From NCBI GenBank assembly GCA_001599295.1, contig BCGN01000007.1:260433-324432 (forward strand): DNA of 64,000 nt, written 5' to 3'. Origin of the DNA: Sporopachydermia quercuum (lineage: Eukaryota). The position numbers were made by a program, and so were the translations under genes. Shown piece after piece: positions 49,601 through 59,843 of the stretch. Under the pieces are notes generated by a model. The model made no database searches. It saw only the letters and a program-made list of their open reading frames with translations, and was not told the DNA's origin. The stretch's first letter is position 1, and every line of letters starts with the position of its first letter.

Positions 49601-50076
49601 CCAACAGCTAATAACCCTGTGCGCGATTTGCTGAAATTCAGACACTGGATAGAATCAAAACCGGATCTTGATTGTAGTTTGGTTAAGCTTTGAATATGTG
49701 CCTGAATATGTTAGTGAATGTCAAGCCACTATACCTGTTGTTCTGTTCTACGGGTTGACGTGTAAATCTATTGTTGCATGCCGTTGATGTAGGATCACCG
49801 ATGCACACAAAAACATATGCTTGGCTTTAGAGATCACTCATAGATAAGAATCTAGCAAACATGCGAAGCGAAGCAAACGATAAGCCTCGTCCATTTGGAA
49901 TCAACTCTCTAACTCAGCAAACACCATCAACAACAACAACTACATATTCCTGTACTTACTGGTGACTCATACTGTGCCACATGTAACGATACTTCGTCTC
50001 GTGAGGGATTCACAGCTAGAAATCTATGTTCCAATCCTGCTTCCCATTCTGCAATTCGAATGATTGTCCCTGTCAT
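46678..50076 (-). CDS. SEA4: SEACAT/GATOR2 subunit Sea4 (MIOS), about 1046 aa; exons 49960-50076 and 46678-49701, intron 49702-49959
   Basis: N-terminal WD40 (LAVGLDKVRSDFSLQIWD), solenoid (DPYLRAIFAF; YVDRTGDVQTA) and C-terminal RING (LPRCAVC...CNHGMHAGHAEEWF...CPVPDCNCKC). Intron GTAAGT..CACTAAC..CAG in frame. Confidence 0.95.
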
Positions 50077-50806
50077 TGTAGATAGTTGGTGTCCCCAATA
50101 AGAAAGTGGCTTCGCATAGCATAACAAAGAAATGGGTAACTACTGCACAATTGTGTTATAGCAGAAGCAGAAGCAGAAAGAATGAATAATCCGAGAGAAC
50201 GATTTATTCATGTCGGTGATTATATTTGTATCAATTATCAAACGATCAATTGAGNTTTTGTGAGAAACTACAAATTTATAATTTCCGGAATTAGCCAAAC
50301 CCGGAGACTATAATATAAATTCCGATGTTGAAATATACTACGGATATAATAATATAATTTTCGCAATGTACTTAATGTCGGAAACTATAACAACGTATCT
50401 GATACACGTCTTCCTACTTATACTTCAATTAATTATTAAAACCTACATTTCATTTATATGATCCGTTGACCGACCAATTATAACATTCCTATTTTCTTTC
50501 GTAAATAGAGTTTTCGATATCAAAAGATACGTTATTCATTGTCCTTCTAAACTCATCCCATAAAGTAACCATGAATGACGATATGATACAATAACTGTAT
50601 TCTCCTTAGACGTTATGGTTGTATTTGCAGTGAAGATATTGAGCCAGCAAAAGCATAAAGCAGTGAAGTCAGTGAAATCTGTAAAGCATGTTAAAGCAGT
50701 GTTCATCAAGTCTTCTTCCTTGTTACTATTCGCACTAACCACAGCAATCGAACAAATCTCACTAATATTCTATACTGCAAGGGCTTCTCATATACATATA
50801 CATATA

Positions 50807-53041
50807 TCAAACTTTATCTAGCACATTTTCTAACAATAAACTCTCAATTTCATTAAACTGATCAATCTTAACCTTTTCCCTCTCTACCAGTAGATCCACT
50901 ATTTCCGAAAGCTTCTTCAAATCAGGCAGCAACATGTCCGATCCGTACTTACTCAGTTGCATAAGAATCTCCTTCTCTGATTGCCATTTTCTCTCCACTA
51001 TTTCTTTGAATGTCGGCAAACTAGCTAGGGAGTTCAATTCTGTGCCTTTCACCATTGTGAGCATTGGATGCTGGAATTTCAATGGCTCTAGACTTCGGAT
51101 TAAAGGTGCTCCACGCTTCAATTCCCGTTTGAGAGTCCAATATTTACAAATCTTGGAGACGATTAGGCTGGCTACTGCAAACCCACATGAAAACCCGAGC
51201 CGAGATTCAATGTTTTCGTCATTAGCTATAAGGTCGGTTATAAATTCATGAACAAATCTCGGAATAATTGGTATTCCTGATCCGGTTTTCCACGGGATTT
51301 CGATCGCTTCTTGAATTCCCCGCTGATGCAATTTAATTTTCTTTTTTCCAAACCCTTTCGATTTTGATTCCGATAATTTCCGTTTTATTCCCACTGATCT
51401 AGCAATTTTTCGCTTTGAATCTCTTCCTGAGCTTCTTCCCGTGTTTCGTTCCGCTTTCTTCCGAGAATGTTCATGCTTGATCAAAAGCTTAGCTCCAGCC
51501 TGAGCCGTTGCCTTTTTATACCGTCTTCTTCGTCTATAGTAATCACGTGCTCTCTCTAAGTTTTCTATCACATGATTTTCTCTGAAATACTCCTTAGAAC
51601 AATGCTTCTCGCAGTATGTAGTCAAAATTCCTGTCCCATTCACCGCCCCAGAAACACCGAGCTCCATAGAAAGATATAAGTGGGCATTCCGAGCACAGGT
51701 CACATGATAAGCTTTGAAACAGTTCTTGTTACTGCATTGAATAGGAGATCCCATTTTCTCTTTACATATGTAACAAACAAGTTTCCACCGAGATTTGGGA
51801 ATGTTTTCCTGTCCTTGGATTGGTTCCAGGTAAACGTGATTGCCTAAGGAAAGTTCCGGGATCCACAATGCACATAGTAAATGACCCCATTGATTAGAGT
51901 CAGTTTGCTTGAAAGCTCCGGAAATATTCGGGCAGAAAATGCATTCTACCGATTGATCCCGGAGAATAAGACACTTTCGGCAGAGCCATTGACCCTCTGG
52001 TATAAAAGCTACACCGTAACATTCCTGATGTACGGCAATATCACAACCGTCACAGAAAACAATGGCATTGCTATTGTCACATTCACTTTCATTACAGACA
52101 ACACAAACTTGCTCTTCATTAGCGAAAAACGTTTGCTCATCCATAAACCCGTTTTCTGCTTCCGAGCTTTTTATATGGACGTCAAGTTCTGCTTCCGAGA
52201 TATCGGTGTTTCCTGTGTCATGTTCCGTCTTCAGAGCATGAAGCATACTTTTCTTCAACTTTGTGGGCATTCTCCGTTCTAATGTAATCCAAACATTCTC
52301 TATAAGGCTCATTATGAATTCAAATTGAATTCGGGATAAAGGGGAAGATCCATCCGCTATTATTTCCGCGTCTAATGTGGAAATGAACTCTTCGTCCTGT
52401 TCATCCATGTCGTAAGATATTGGAAGATCCATGATAGCATCGGAATCAACTATAGGAATTGATCGATCTCCCCGTAAGTGCTGATTTACTATGGAATCAA
52501 TGATCCAGTCTAGTTTCAGGTTGTGGAGCTGGTGAGTTCCGTCTCCGGTTTGAATATATGCATTTTGTAGTGAAGTGTCTGATGGTTGTTTGTTGGTGCT
52601 GTGGACTGTATCGTTGCCATCGGTAATATTGTTTATACTCCTACGGCTTTTTAAAGCCAATTCGGTAGTAGATCCCAAATCTGGCAATATATCCGATAGT
52701 GGGGTTCTGAAAGATCCCGTAATCTCAATTTTTGGTTTATTGAGCGGTGGAAGAACTCCGGAATCCTTTCCTATATTCCCATTTGATCTATCATTTTTTC
52801 CGGTATTCACCTGCCGCAAAGTTGGAATTTCGGAATCTATGTCGGAATCAGTGATGAAAACCGGTAATAGTTTTTTATCTGATAGATCAGGATAAAACTC
52901 TTCGTATCCGTATTCTTCCCGAGGTTTCCCGTCAAATACAACCCCGGATCTATTGCCATTGGTGATTGCACTGAGTCCTGTTGGATTCACTGTTCCGTTC
53001 CCCAAATGAAGTCCGGAGAGAAGATTATTATTTGTAGACAT
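50807..53041 (-). CDS. NTO1: NuA3 HAT complex subunit Nto1 (EPL1 + PHD + extended PHD)
   Basis: EFYPDL; YDMDEQDE; CVVC...NAIVFCDGCDIAVHQECYG..IPEGQWLCRKC; GAFKQT; WKLVCYIC; KYWTLKRE..RGAPL. Confidence 0.94.
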   Translation of the reverse strand: MSTNNNLLSGLHLGNGTVNPTGLSAITNGNRSGVVFDGKPREEYGYEEFYPDLSDKKLLPVFITDSDIDSEIPTLRQVNTGKNDRSNGNIGKDSGVLPPLNKPKIEITGSFRTPLSDILPDLGSTTELALKSRRSINNITDGNDTVHSTNKQPSDTSLQNAYIQTGDGTHQLHNLKLDWIIDSIVNQHLRGDRSIPIVDSDAIMDLPISYDMDEQDEEFISTLDAEIIADGSSPLSRIQFEFIMSLIENVWITLERRMPTKLKKSMLHALKTEHDTGNTDISEAELDVHIKSSEAENGFMDEQTFFANEEQVCVVCNESECDNSNAIVFCDGCDIAVHQECYGVAFIPEGQWLCRKCLILRDQSVECIFCPNISGAFKQTDSNQWGHLLCALWIPELSLGNHVYLEPIQGQENIPKSRWKLVCYICKEKMGSPIQCSNKNCFKAYHVTCARNAHLYLSMELGVSGAVNGTGILTTYCEKHCSKEYFRENHVIENLERARDYYRRRRRYKKATAQAGAKLLIKHEHSRKKAERNTGRSSGRDSKRKIARSVGIKRKLSESKSKGFGKKKIKLHQRGIQEAIEIPWKTGSGIPIIPRFVHEFITDLIANDENIESRLGFSCGFAVASLIVSKICKYWTLKRELKRGAPLIRSLEPLKFQHPMLTMVKGTELNSLASLPTFKEIVERKWQSEKEILMQLSKYGSDMLLPDLKKLSEIVDLLVEREKVKIDQFNEIESLLLENVLDKV

Positions 53042-54133
53042 CTCCTTCCTTTGTATTTTATAATATTACCTTTGAGGCTGCATCATTATATTTATAACGG
53101 ACAAGTGGTAATAGTATTGGCTTATAGTGGGAACAAGATTGATTGATTGCTTTCCCCTTAGTGTCACACTTGCCAATAAAGCTGAAGGTCCCCAGAGTGT
53201 CAATGTTTTGATAGGAAGAACAGGATGCTAATAGGAAGACTCCGTTGATGATGAATAAACAATCCAGCTGATGTATGGACTGCAAATACTCAGAAATTCT
53301 CGGATTCTCTCCGCCTTTTTTGATCTGATGATTGAGATTGTTCCGTTATAAGCAGATAAACAATGCGCGATTGGGACAGAGATAATATCGGACGGTAAAA
53401 TGCGTTGTTAATGNACAAATATGGAGGTAAAAATGTCCGAATAATTACGGAGACAGCAGGGAGGGGGGAAGAGAGATATATATGAAGAAGAGTGTGTTTA
53501 CATTTGTTGAATTACGACTATTAGCTATTCCTTTTCTTCTATTTAAATAAATGAATATTGGAAACATATTTATTTATGTTTTTAATTTTAAAACTTTATT
53601 TTCACTGTGTAATATCTATCAGNTGCACCTCTTTCGCGCCTCATACAGTGAATNACGGAAACTATGTCATATCTAGTAACATAAAATGCGAGCTAACGCC
53701 AAAATCAATCTACCTTTCAAATTTGTATAATCTCCGGAATCATTTCCTACAAAACACGAGGAGCGTCGGCTCATCCGAACCATTTCCAATAAGCCTGTAA
53801 ACAACTGGGATCTTAGATATTCTTCCTGTTTTTTCTCATTTTCATACAGTTTTCCTCCGAAAGTTTTTGTGCGGTATTTTCGGGGTATTCTGATTGTCTC
53901 CTTAACTGTNGGCTATCATCAATTGTATTGTCGAACCGACATCTNCAACATTAGGCTTCTATTCATAGTAAATGTATCTATATCAACAATCATCGTACAT
54001 TTATAGCTTCTATTAGTACCAGCGGCACATCCGAAGCGGAGGAAAAGTAGCGGAACGAATACTGTTTGACATTCTGTACAAATTCTATACACTTTAATTG
54101 GAATTGGAATTCGTATCTGGCCAATAGCCCACG

Positions 54134-57100
54134 ATGAATACTCAGCCGCAACCACTCGAAGAACGCATGCTGCAAAAAATGCGAAAGCAATGGGCAGCAG
54201 AAACTTTGATGTTGAAGACACGAGCGAGATTCCAGAAGGTCCGAAGCGTGCGGATAACGGTGTTCCTGGTATTTTTCCTATTGTTAGTAATCCATGGAAT
54301 AGCAGTTTCATTATTCACTAAAGGGTTTTTGCTCAGTCGGCAAGTTTTACCCGATCTTTCCCAATGCGGTGAATTACCCGGCAGTTTCAGTAAAACCGGA
54401 AACAACTCTGGAAACGATCTTGAAAACGGATGTTGGAATGAACCGACATTCGACCGGGCGGTGGTGATCCTAATCGACGCGCTGCGCTATGATTTTACAG
54501 TGCCAGGCCCTTCGGATCCCAAGCTGAAACGGGCATATCATGACGCTTTCACTGTTTTGCACGAAACGGCAACAGAAGAGTCTGAGAATGCGTTACTCAT
54601 GAAATTCATGGCTGATCCTCCAACAACTACTCTACAGAGACTTAAAGCTCTTACTACAGGATCTCTTCCTACTATCATTGACGCTGGGTCTAATTTTGAT
54701 GGAACAGACATAACAGAAGACAACCTTTTAGCCCAGCTAAAAAGTAATGGCAAAAGGATAGCATTTTATGGCGATGATACCTGGATAGCTTTATTTCATA
54801 AATATCTTGATCCTGTGTTGAGCGTACCATATGATTCACTTAACGTTAAGGATATTCATACTGTTGATGATGGTGTCCAGAGTCATTTATTACCATTACT
54901 AGGAGATAAAAGCGGATATTCAGAATGGGAAGTTGCTGTTGGACATTTACTAGGTGTTGATCATGTAGGTCATTCGTTTGGGCCAGACCATTATACTATG
55001 ACGGAAAAACTACAAGAAATGGATGAATTTATCCGGAATGTCATTGATATAATTGATGATGAAACACTTTTGGTTGTTATGGGTGATCATGGAATGGANC
55101 CTCGAGGAGATCATGGAGGAGAGTCTATTTTAGAGCTTGAAGCTGCTCTTTGGATGTATTCTAAACGACCAGTTTTTGGTAAACGATACACCGCTGTTAA
55201 TAATGGCGGTGGTGATAGTATTAGCAATGGTGAAAGTGAAGGATTTGACGTTCGAACGGTGAATCAGATTGACTTTGTTCCGACTTTTGCTATGTTGATG
55301 GGAATTCCCATTCCNTATAATAACCTTGGACTTCCTATTGAGGAAGTGTTTGTCAAATCGGGAAATGTGGCCAGGAACTTTATGCTAACTGCAGAGCAAA
55401 TATTCCGGTACTGGAAAACCTATCCTGGGTTGGACTTATCGGACATGTTAAGTAAGAAGTTTTCCGCTGTTGTTAGTCATTGGTCGGAACAAACCGGAGC
55501 AGATGAATTGGAAGGAAAATCGGAATTTTCTGCCGACATTATCTCCGAAGTTTCGGAATTCCAAAGTTTGGCTCTTGCTGATCTCAGAAGCAGATGGACC
55601 TCTTTTGATTTGCCTATCATAGGCCTAGGCATCTCATTATTAGCTACTGCAGTAGCTCTCACTGCTGCTTATGGATTCTTTCTACCTGCTGTAGTAGCCA
55701 TGCAGCTTTACACTCAAGTGCTACAGAATGTTGGCAAAGCATCTGCCCTTGGATTGCTAGCAGGCCAGTTTCTCGGCTGGAAAGTTGTGCCCGAATTAGG
55801 ACCTGTTTGGTGCAGTCTTTTAGGCGCAGGTTATGGTTTATCTATGGCTTTCATTCTGCCTATTCTACAGCGGTACCATTCTGTTGGTATCAGCAGGCCC
55901 GACGGCTGGTCTATATTTGGTGGGGCAGTAGTTGTGGCTCATTGCCTTTTGTTTGCTAGCAATTCGTTTGTAGTCTGGGAAGATGCCGCCGTGAGTTTAT
56001 TTGTTCAGACTGTCACGGCTGCCTTTTTGATTGCGGGTATACGTAAAAACAGAGGGATTTTCCGAATCTTCACAATTTTACACTCTTTGGTGTTGATAGG
56101 AGTATCCCGGATCAGTTCTGGCAGCAGAATCTGTAGAGAGGAACAATTGCCTAACTGTTCTAGCTCTTTCTATGGTTCAGAGCATAATTCTGTCTCCTCT
56201 GGTACAACTGTTGCAGGTTTATTGACAATTCAAATCTGTTTACCAGAGATTGCTCGTACCTTCTATACGTTCCAAGGGTCGTATGAGCTGTCGGCCAAAG
56301 CTTGGATTGGAGCTGCTTTACGCCTGCTGCTTCTACTCACATCAGCATTTTGGGGCATAGAATACGCTGAAAGCGCAGGCGTTAAGTTCTTTACCCGCAA
56401 TCCCTCTGTTATCAAGGAGACTAAGTTCACGTTGTCGAGAATTGTTATGGGGGTTAGTTTTGTTGGTATTTTGATATGGTGGTGGCTTGTCCCATTGTGT
56501 GTAGGTGTTTCTGTTGATATTGAAGGCAAAGCCCCGCAGAATGAATCGAGTAAAGGAGTTGGTAATGGACCAAACAAGCAGGAATCGGCTGTAGTAAGCA
56601 ATAGTGAAACTGAAGATCTCCATGAATCTCATAATACCTCAAACAAGAAGATTGTTGGCCTTGATAATATTTATGGCTCTTCTTATATGTTGTTACTACT
56701 AACATTCTTTGTTCCAATTCAATTGACCGCTAAACCAATGGGAGGGATCTGTTTAGGCTTATTGATTTACTCATTATTCACCTGTGCCGAGCTTTTCCAT
56801 ATCCTTGGTATGCAAACATCTGTAATGGCACCGCTGATACTTGGATTGCTAGGAAACAAGTATATATTTGCTACAGGACATCAAGCAACAGCTCAATCTG
56901 TTCAATGGGATGCTGGTTTCATTACCGGTTCTACTATCACCTTCCCTTTCACTCATATCAATATTCTCCTTAACTCAGTAGGGTCGATCCTACTCACAGG
57001 ACTTGCAGTTCCCTTGCCATTATTATGGGGAGTGAAACCAGTGAAGAATCCTAATTATCTTCTTAGTGAGATAGCTCAATCATCAATGGTGTTTTTATTT

Positions 57101-57298
57101 TATCATAGTGCTGTTGCTCTAAGCACGTTTATATTTGCTGCATTTTTCCGAAGACATTTGATGGTATGGAAGATATTTGCTCCTAGATATTTGGTAGGGG
57201 CTTTGACCATGATAGTTGCTGATGTGAGTGTTTTGATAGGAACTGGTTGGAATGTTGGTAGGCTGTTGTCTCAAATAGCGAAGACTTTTGGAATATGA
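54134..57298 (+). CDS. GPI13: GPI ethanolamine phosphate transferase 3 (PIG-O)
   Basis: FTKGFLLSR; IDALRYDF; ADPPTTTLQRLKALTTGSLPT; HLLGVDHVGH; GDHGM; CREEQ; RRHLMVWKIFAPRY; multi-TM C-terminal half. Confidence 0.96.
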   Translation: MNTQPQPLEERMLQKMRKQWAAETLMLKTRARFQKVRSVRITVFLVFFLLLVIHGIAVSLFTKGFLLSRQVLPDLSQCGELPGSFSKTGNNSGNDLENGCWNEPTFDRAVVILIDALRYDFTVPGPSDPKLKRAYHDAFTVLHETATEESENALLMKFMADPPTTTLQRLKALTTGSLPTIIDAGSNFDGTDITEDNLLAQLKSNGKRIAFYGDDTWIALFHKYLDPVLSVPYDSLNVKDIHTVDDGVQSHLLPLLGDKSGYSEWEVAVGHLLGVDHVGHSFGPDHYTMTEKLQEMDEFIRNVIDIIDDETLLVVMGDHGMXPRGDHGGESILELEAALWMYSKRPVFGKRYTAVNNGGGDSISNGESEGFDVRTVNQIDFVPTFAMLMGIPIXYNNLGLPIEEVFVKSGNVARNFMLTAEQIFRYWKTYPGLDLSDMLSKKFSAVVSHWSEQTGADELEGKSEFSADIISEVSEFQSLALADLRSRWTSFDLPIIGLGISLLATAVALTAAYGFFLPAVVAMQLYTQVLQNVGKASALGLLAGQFLGWKVVPELGPVWCSLLGAGYGLSMAFILPILQRYHSVGISRPDGWSIFGGAVVVAHCLLFASNSFVVWEDAAVSLFVQTVTAAFLIAGIRKNRGIFRIFTILHSLVLIGVSRISSGSRICREEQLPNCSSSFYGSEHNSVSSGTTVAGLLTIQICLPEIARTFYTFQGSYELSAKAWIGAALRLLLLLTSAFWGIEYAESAGVKFFTRNPSVIKETKFTLSRIVMGVSFVGILIWWWLVPLCVGVSVDIEGKAPQNESSKGVGNGPNKQESAVVSNSETEDLHESHNTSNKKIVGLDNIYGSSYMLLLLTFFVPIQLTAKPMGGICLGLLIYSLFTCAELFHILGMQTSVMAPLILGLLGNKYIFATGHQATAQSVQWDAGFITGSTITFPFTHINILLNSVGSILLTGLAVPLPLLWGVKPVKNPNYLLSEIAQSSMVFLFYHSAVALSTFIFAAFFRRHLMVWKIFAPRYLVGALTMIVADVSVLIGTGWNVGRLLSQIAKTFGI

Positions 57299-58025
57299 TA
57301 GACATGAAAAAATGAGTGATTAGAACCTAATAACATAACATATGAAGAAAGCCATGAAGTTTTTGACAGTATTGTTGAAATGATGGAAGAAAGTTTGTGA
57401 GATGATGAATAGCATGAAATGTGGCTGATTCAAGGTTGAGAATAGAAGGAAGTCGATAAAAAGAATTAAACGTTGAGTTTTGGTTGAGAGAAGTATAAAA
57501 TAAACGTAGTATAGCATAATATAGTATATAAAATAATACGAAATAATACAAAATAATACAACTAATAAGGTAATGTACATAAAATGATTCATAATTGAGG
57601 GTCTCGACTGTCGAATCATTTATTAGTTAATTGTGAGTATGGTAAAGAGGAGGACAAATATGAGGATGACGATGTCAAAATTTGAAAGGTATGTTTAACC
57701 TGCCATCCTGCAGTTATTGTTCTGCTCAAATTGAATCTTGCCTCATGCAACAAGCAAATAGAGTCTAATAGCACTATCTTCGATCTCCGATACCTATACC
57801 TGGTGCCCATCACTGGTAATGATCTTTATGTTTAGGTTTATGTTTATGGTAAACCAGCATCAGTACCATAGGCCACGTTTTGTTTATTGTCAACAAAAAC
57901 AATGGAACAGCTTGTTGCTGTCTATAAGCTGTTCCTATTGACCCTCAGTGATCTCCTGTGTCAAACTAACGGTAAAATCTCAGTGCTAGAATACAGCTTA
58001 CTGNTATTACTTGATCACCAGTGGA

Positions 58026-59351
58026 CTAAATAAATACTTGATCATTCAAAGCCAGATCAAAATCATTGAACTCATTCATATCATCATCAACAGGAACATC
58101 ATTAGGGTTACCATATCCTAAGTTATTGTTACTGCTCTCCGGACTCAGTCCCAAACCATTATTTTGATCATCTTCAATACCACTCATTGCATCTACGGAA
58201 GTACTAGTAAAGTCGTCAAAAAAGTTTTGACCTTCCATTTCAGTAGGGAATAATGTATCAACTTCAGCATCTTCTGGTATAACCATATCTTCATTTGGTA
58301 AAAACTCTTCCCCAGCAATAACTAATCCATCGTCATTTATGTTAGATATACGATCATGTTCTAGCGGCAGCTGTTGCTCTTGAATTTGTTGACCTTGCAG
58401 ATCCCGTNGAAGCTGTTGTCCTACTCCTTGTTGAAGATGTTGTAGCTTTTGTTCACCTGATTCTGGTTCTGGTTGGCCTAATGGCTTTGGAAATCCTAAT
58501 TCTGTATATAATCCTGTTGAGATATCTGATGAAATCTTAGCTGGTGCTAGAACAACAGAAGCTGCCCTTTCAGGTTCGGGTAAACCTAAGTTCACCTTTA
58601 CTGGACGAAATTTAGGTTGGGATAACGTGGTAGGNATATACTGTTTAGCTTCGTTGACAATCTCTTTAAACAACGTTTCAGCCTCTGACGACTTGCTGTA
58701 CGTGTAGTTAGAAAACTGCTGCTCAAGTTTTGCTATACTATTACGATAGAAAANACTTTCTTTATCTTCTTGTAGATAACTTTCACCTGACCAGCTCTCT
58801 TTTTTAGCTTGAAGTAATGCCACTTCGTCTTTCAACTGCTGTGCTCTTTCTTGCACTAACTTTTTATTTCCAAACCACAGTTGTAAAGGCGATAAATCGC
58901 TGAATTTAGTACAGTTTAAAATATCCTCACCGGTGTTAGGGCCGTTTAAAGTAGCTGTAGCCACGCCAGAGGCTTTTTTATCGGGCAATCTGAATTCTGG
59001 TGTTATGCTAGGAGGAATAATTTTATTTGTAGGTACAACATTATTGACCAGTGTTTCCATTATTTCATGATTCTTCACATACCGTGTCGCTGATACATTG
59101 ACAATACTCAAAGTGTCAATCTCATCGTGAACACCTCCTAGTTCATCTGCTGCAAGGTTTTCTTTCACTCTCACTGGTAAATAGCGTATATAAGGCTCNG
59201 AAGTTCCTATTACTTTCTGAGGGCCTCTTTTTTGGTCAATTAGTGCATTACCACCAGCAATGTTGCCAGCTTGAGCAACTTTCGCGATATCTGTTTGACT
59301 TACAGATGNGCGGCTCTTCTTCCTGTTGGTCTTGAGTACTTTAGTACTCAT
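58026..59351 (-). CDS. SNF6: Probable SWI/SNF subunit, Snf6-like, 441 aa
   Basis: Block VHDEIDTLS...RYVKNHEIMETL...VVPTNKI resembles recalled S. cerevisiae Snf6 IHDESDTIS...VP. Basic N-terminus, Q-rich segment and acidic end EFNDFD...VFI (Snf6 as recalled: EFGDLDAVFF). From memory, not searched. Confidence 0.6.
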   Translation of the reverse strand: MSTKVLKTNRKKSRXSVSQTDIAKVAQAGNIAGGNALIDQKRGPQKVIGTXEPYIRYLPVRVKENLAADELGGVHDEIDTLSIVNVSATRYVKNHEIMETLVNNVVPTNKIIPPSITPEFRLPDKKASGVATATLNGPNTGEDILNCTKFSDLSPLQLWFGNKKLVQERAQQLKDEVALLQAKKESWSGESYLQEDKESXFYRNSIAKLEQQFSNYTYSKSSEAETLFKEIVNEAKQYXPTTLSQPKFRPVKVNLGLPEPERAASVVLAPAKISSDISTGLYTELGFPKPLGQPEPESGEQKLQHLQQGVGQQLXRDLQGQQIQEQQLPLEHDRISNINDDGLVIAGEEFLPNEDMVIPEDAEVDTLFPTEMEGQNFFDDFTSTSVDAMSGIEDDQNNGLGLSPESSNNNLGYGNPNDVPVDDDMNEFNDFDLALNDQVFI

Positions 59352-59843
59352 TCTGAAGATATGTGCGCGCGTATTGAAGCTTCGTTGCTAAGACAATGAA
59401 AACGAAGGGGAACAATGGTGACAAAACAAAGAAGCTATCGCTAAGAATGCTTGCGTTAACGATTTTAACAGGGCAAGAAAGATATTTGTAGGAGTTTCTA
59501 AGCTAGTTGTTCGCAGAATACGGTGATTGTATTATGTTAGTGATTGTGGTTATGGGAGCGTACACCCTAGATTTAGTATTATTTCCGGAGTTTTGGATGT
59601 AAAAGTGAAATGAGATTTTATGTCTTACTACATAGGAAATGGGACAGGGGTATAATCAAGTGATTTGATATTATTTGCTTGCTGAATCTTGGGNAAATCA
59701 AACTATGGGAATATATAGTGAGGAGTATTGGCACGGAATAAGAACTTTTGAATCGTAATTGGTAGGTTCAAGTACAAGTTTCACTTTTAAAGGTTTCAGT
59801 AGTACTTTTTGTTATTGGTATATGCCAGTTATAAACCTATTAA

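Noticed and set aside
47100..56200. Horizontal transfer as the cause of the CCG/CGG domain
   Set aside because: The genes are core yeast housekeeping genes with a native-type intron, and the bias fades gradually within genes rather than at sharp junctions.
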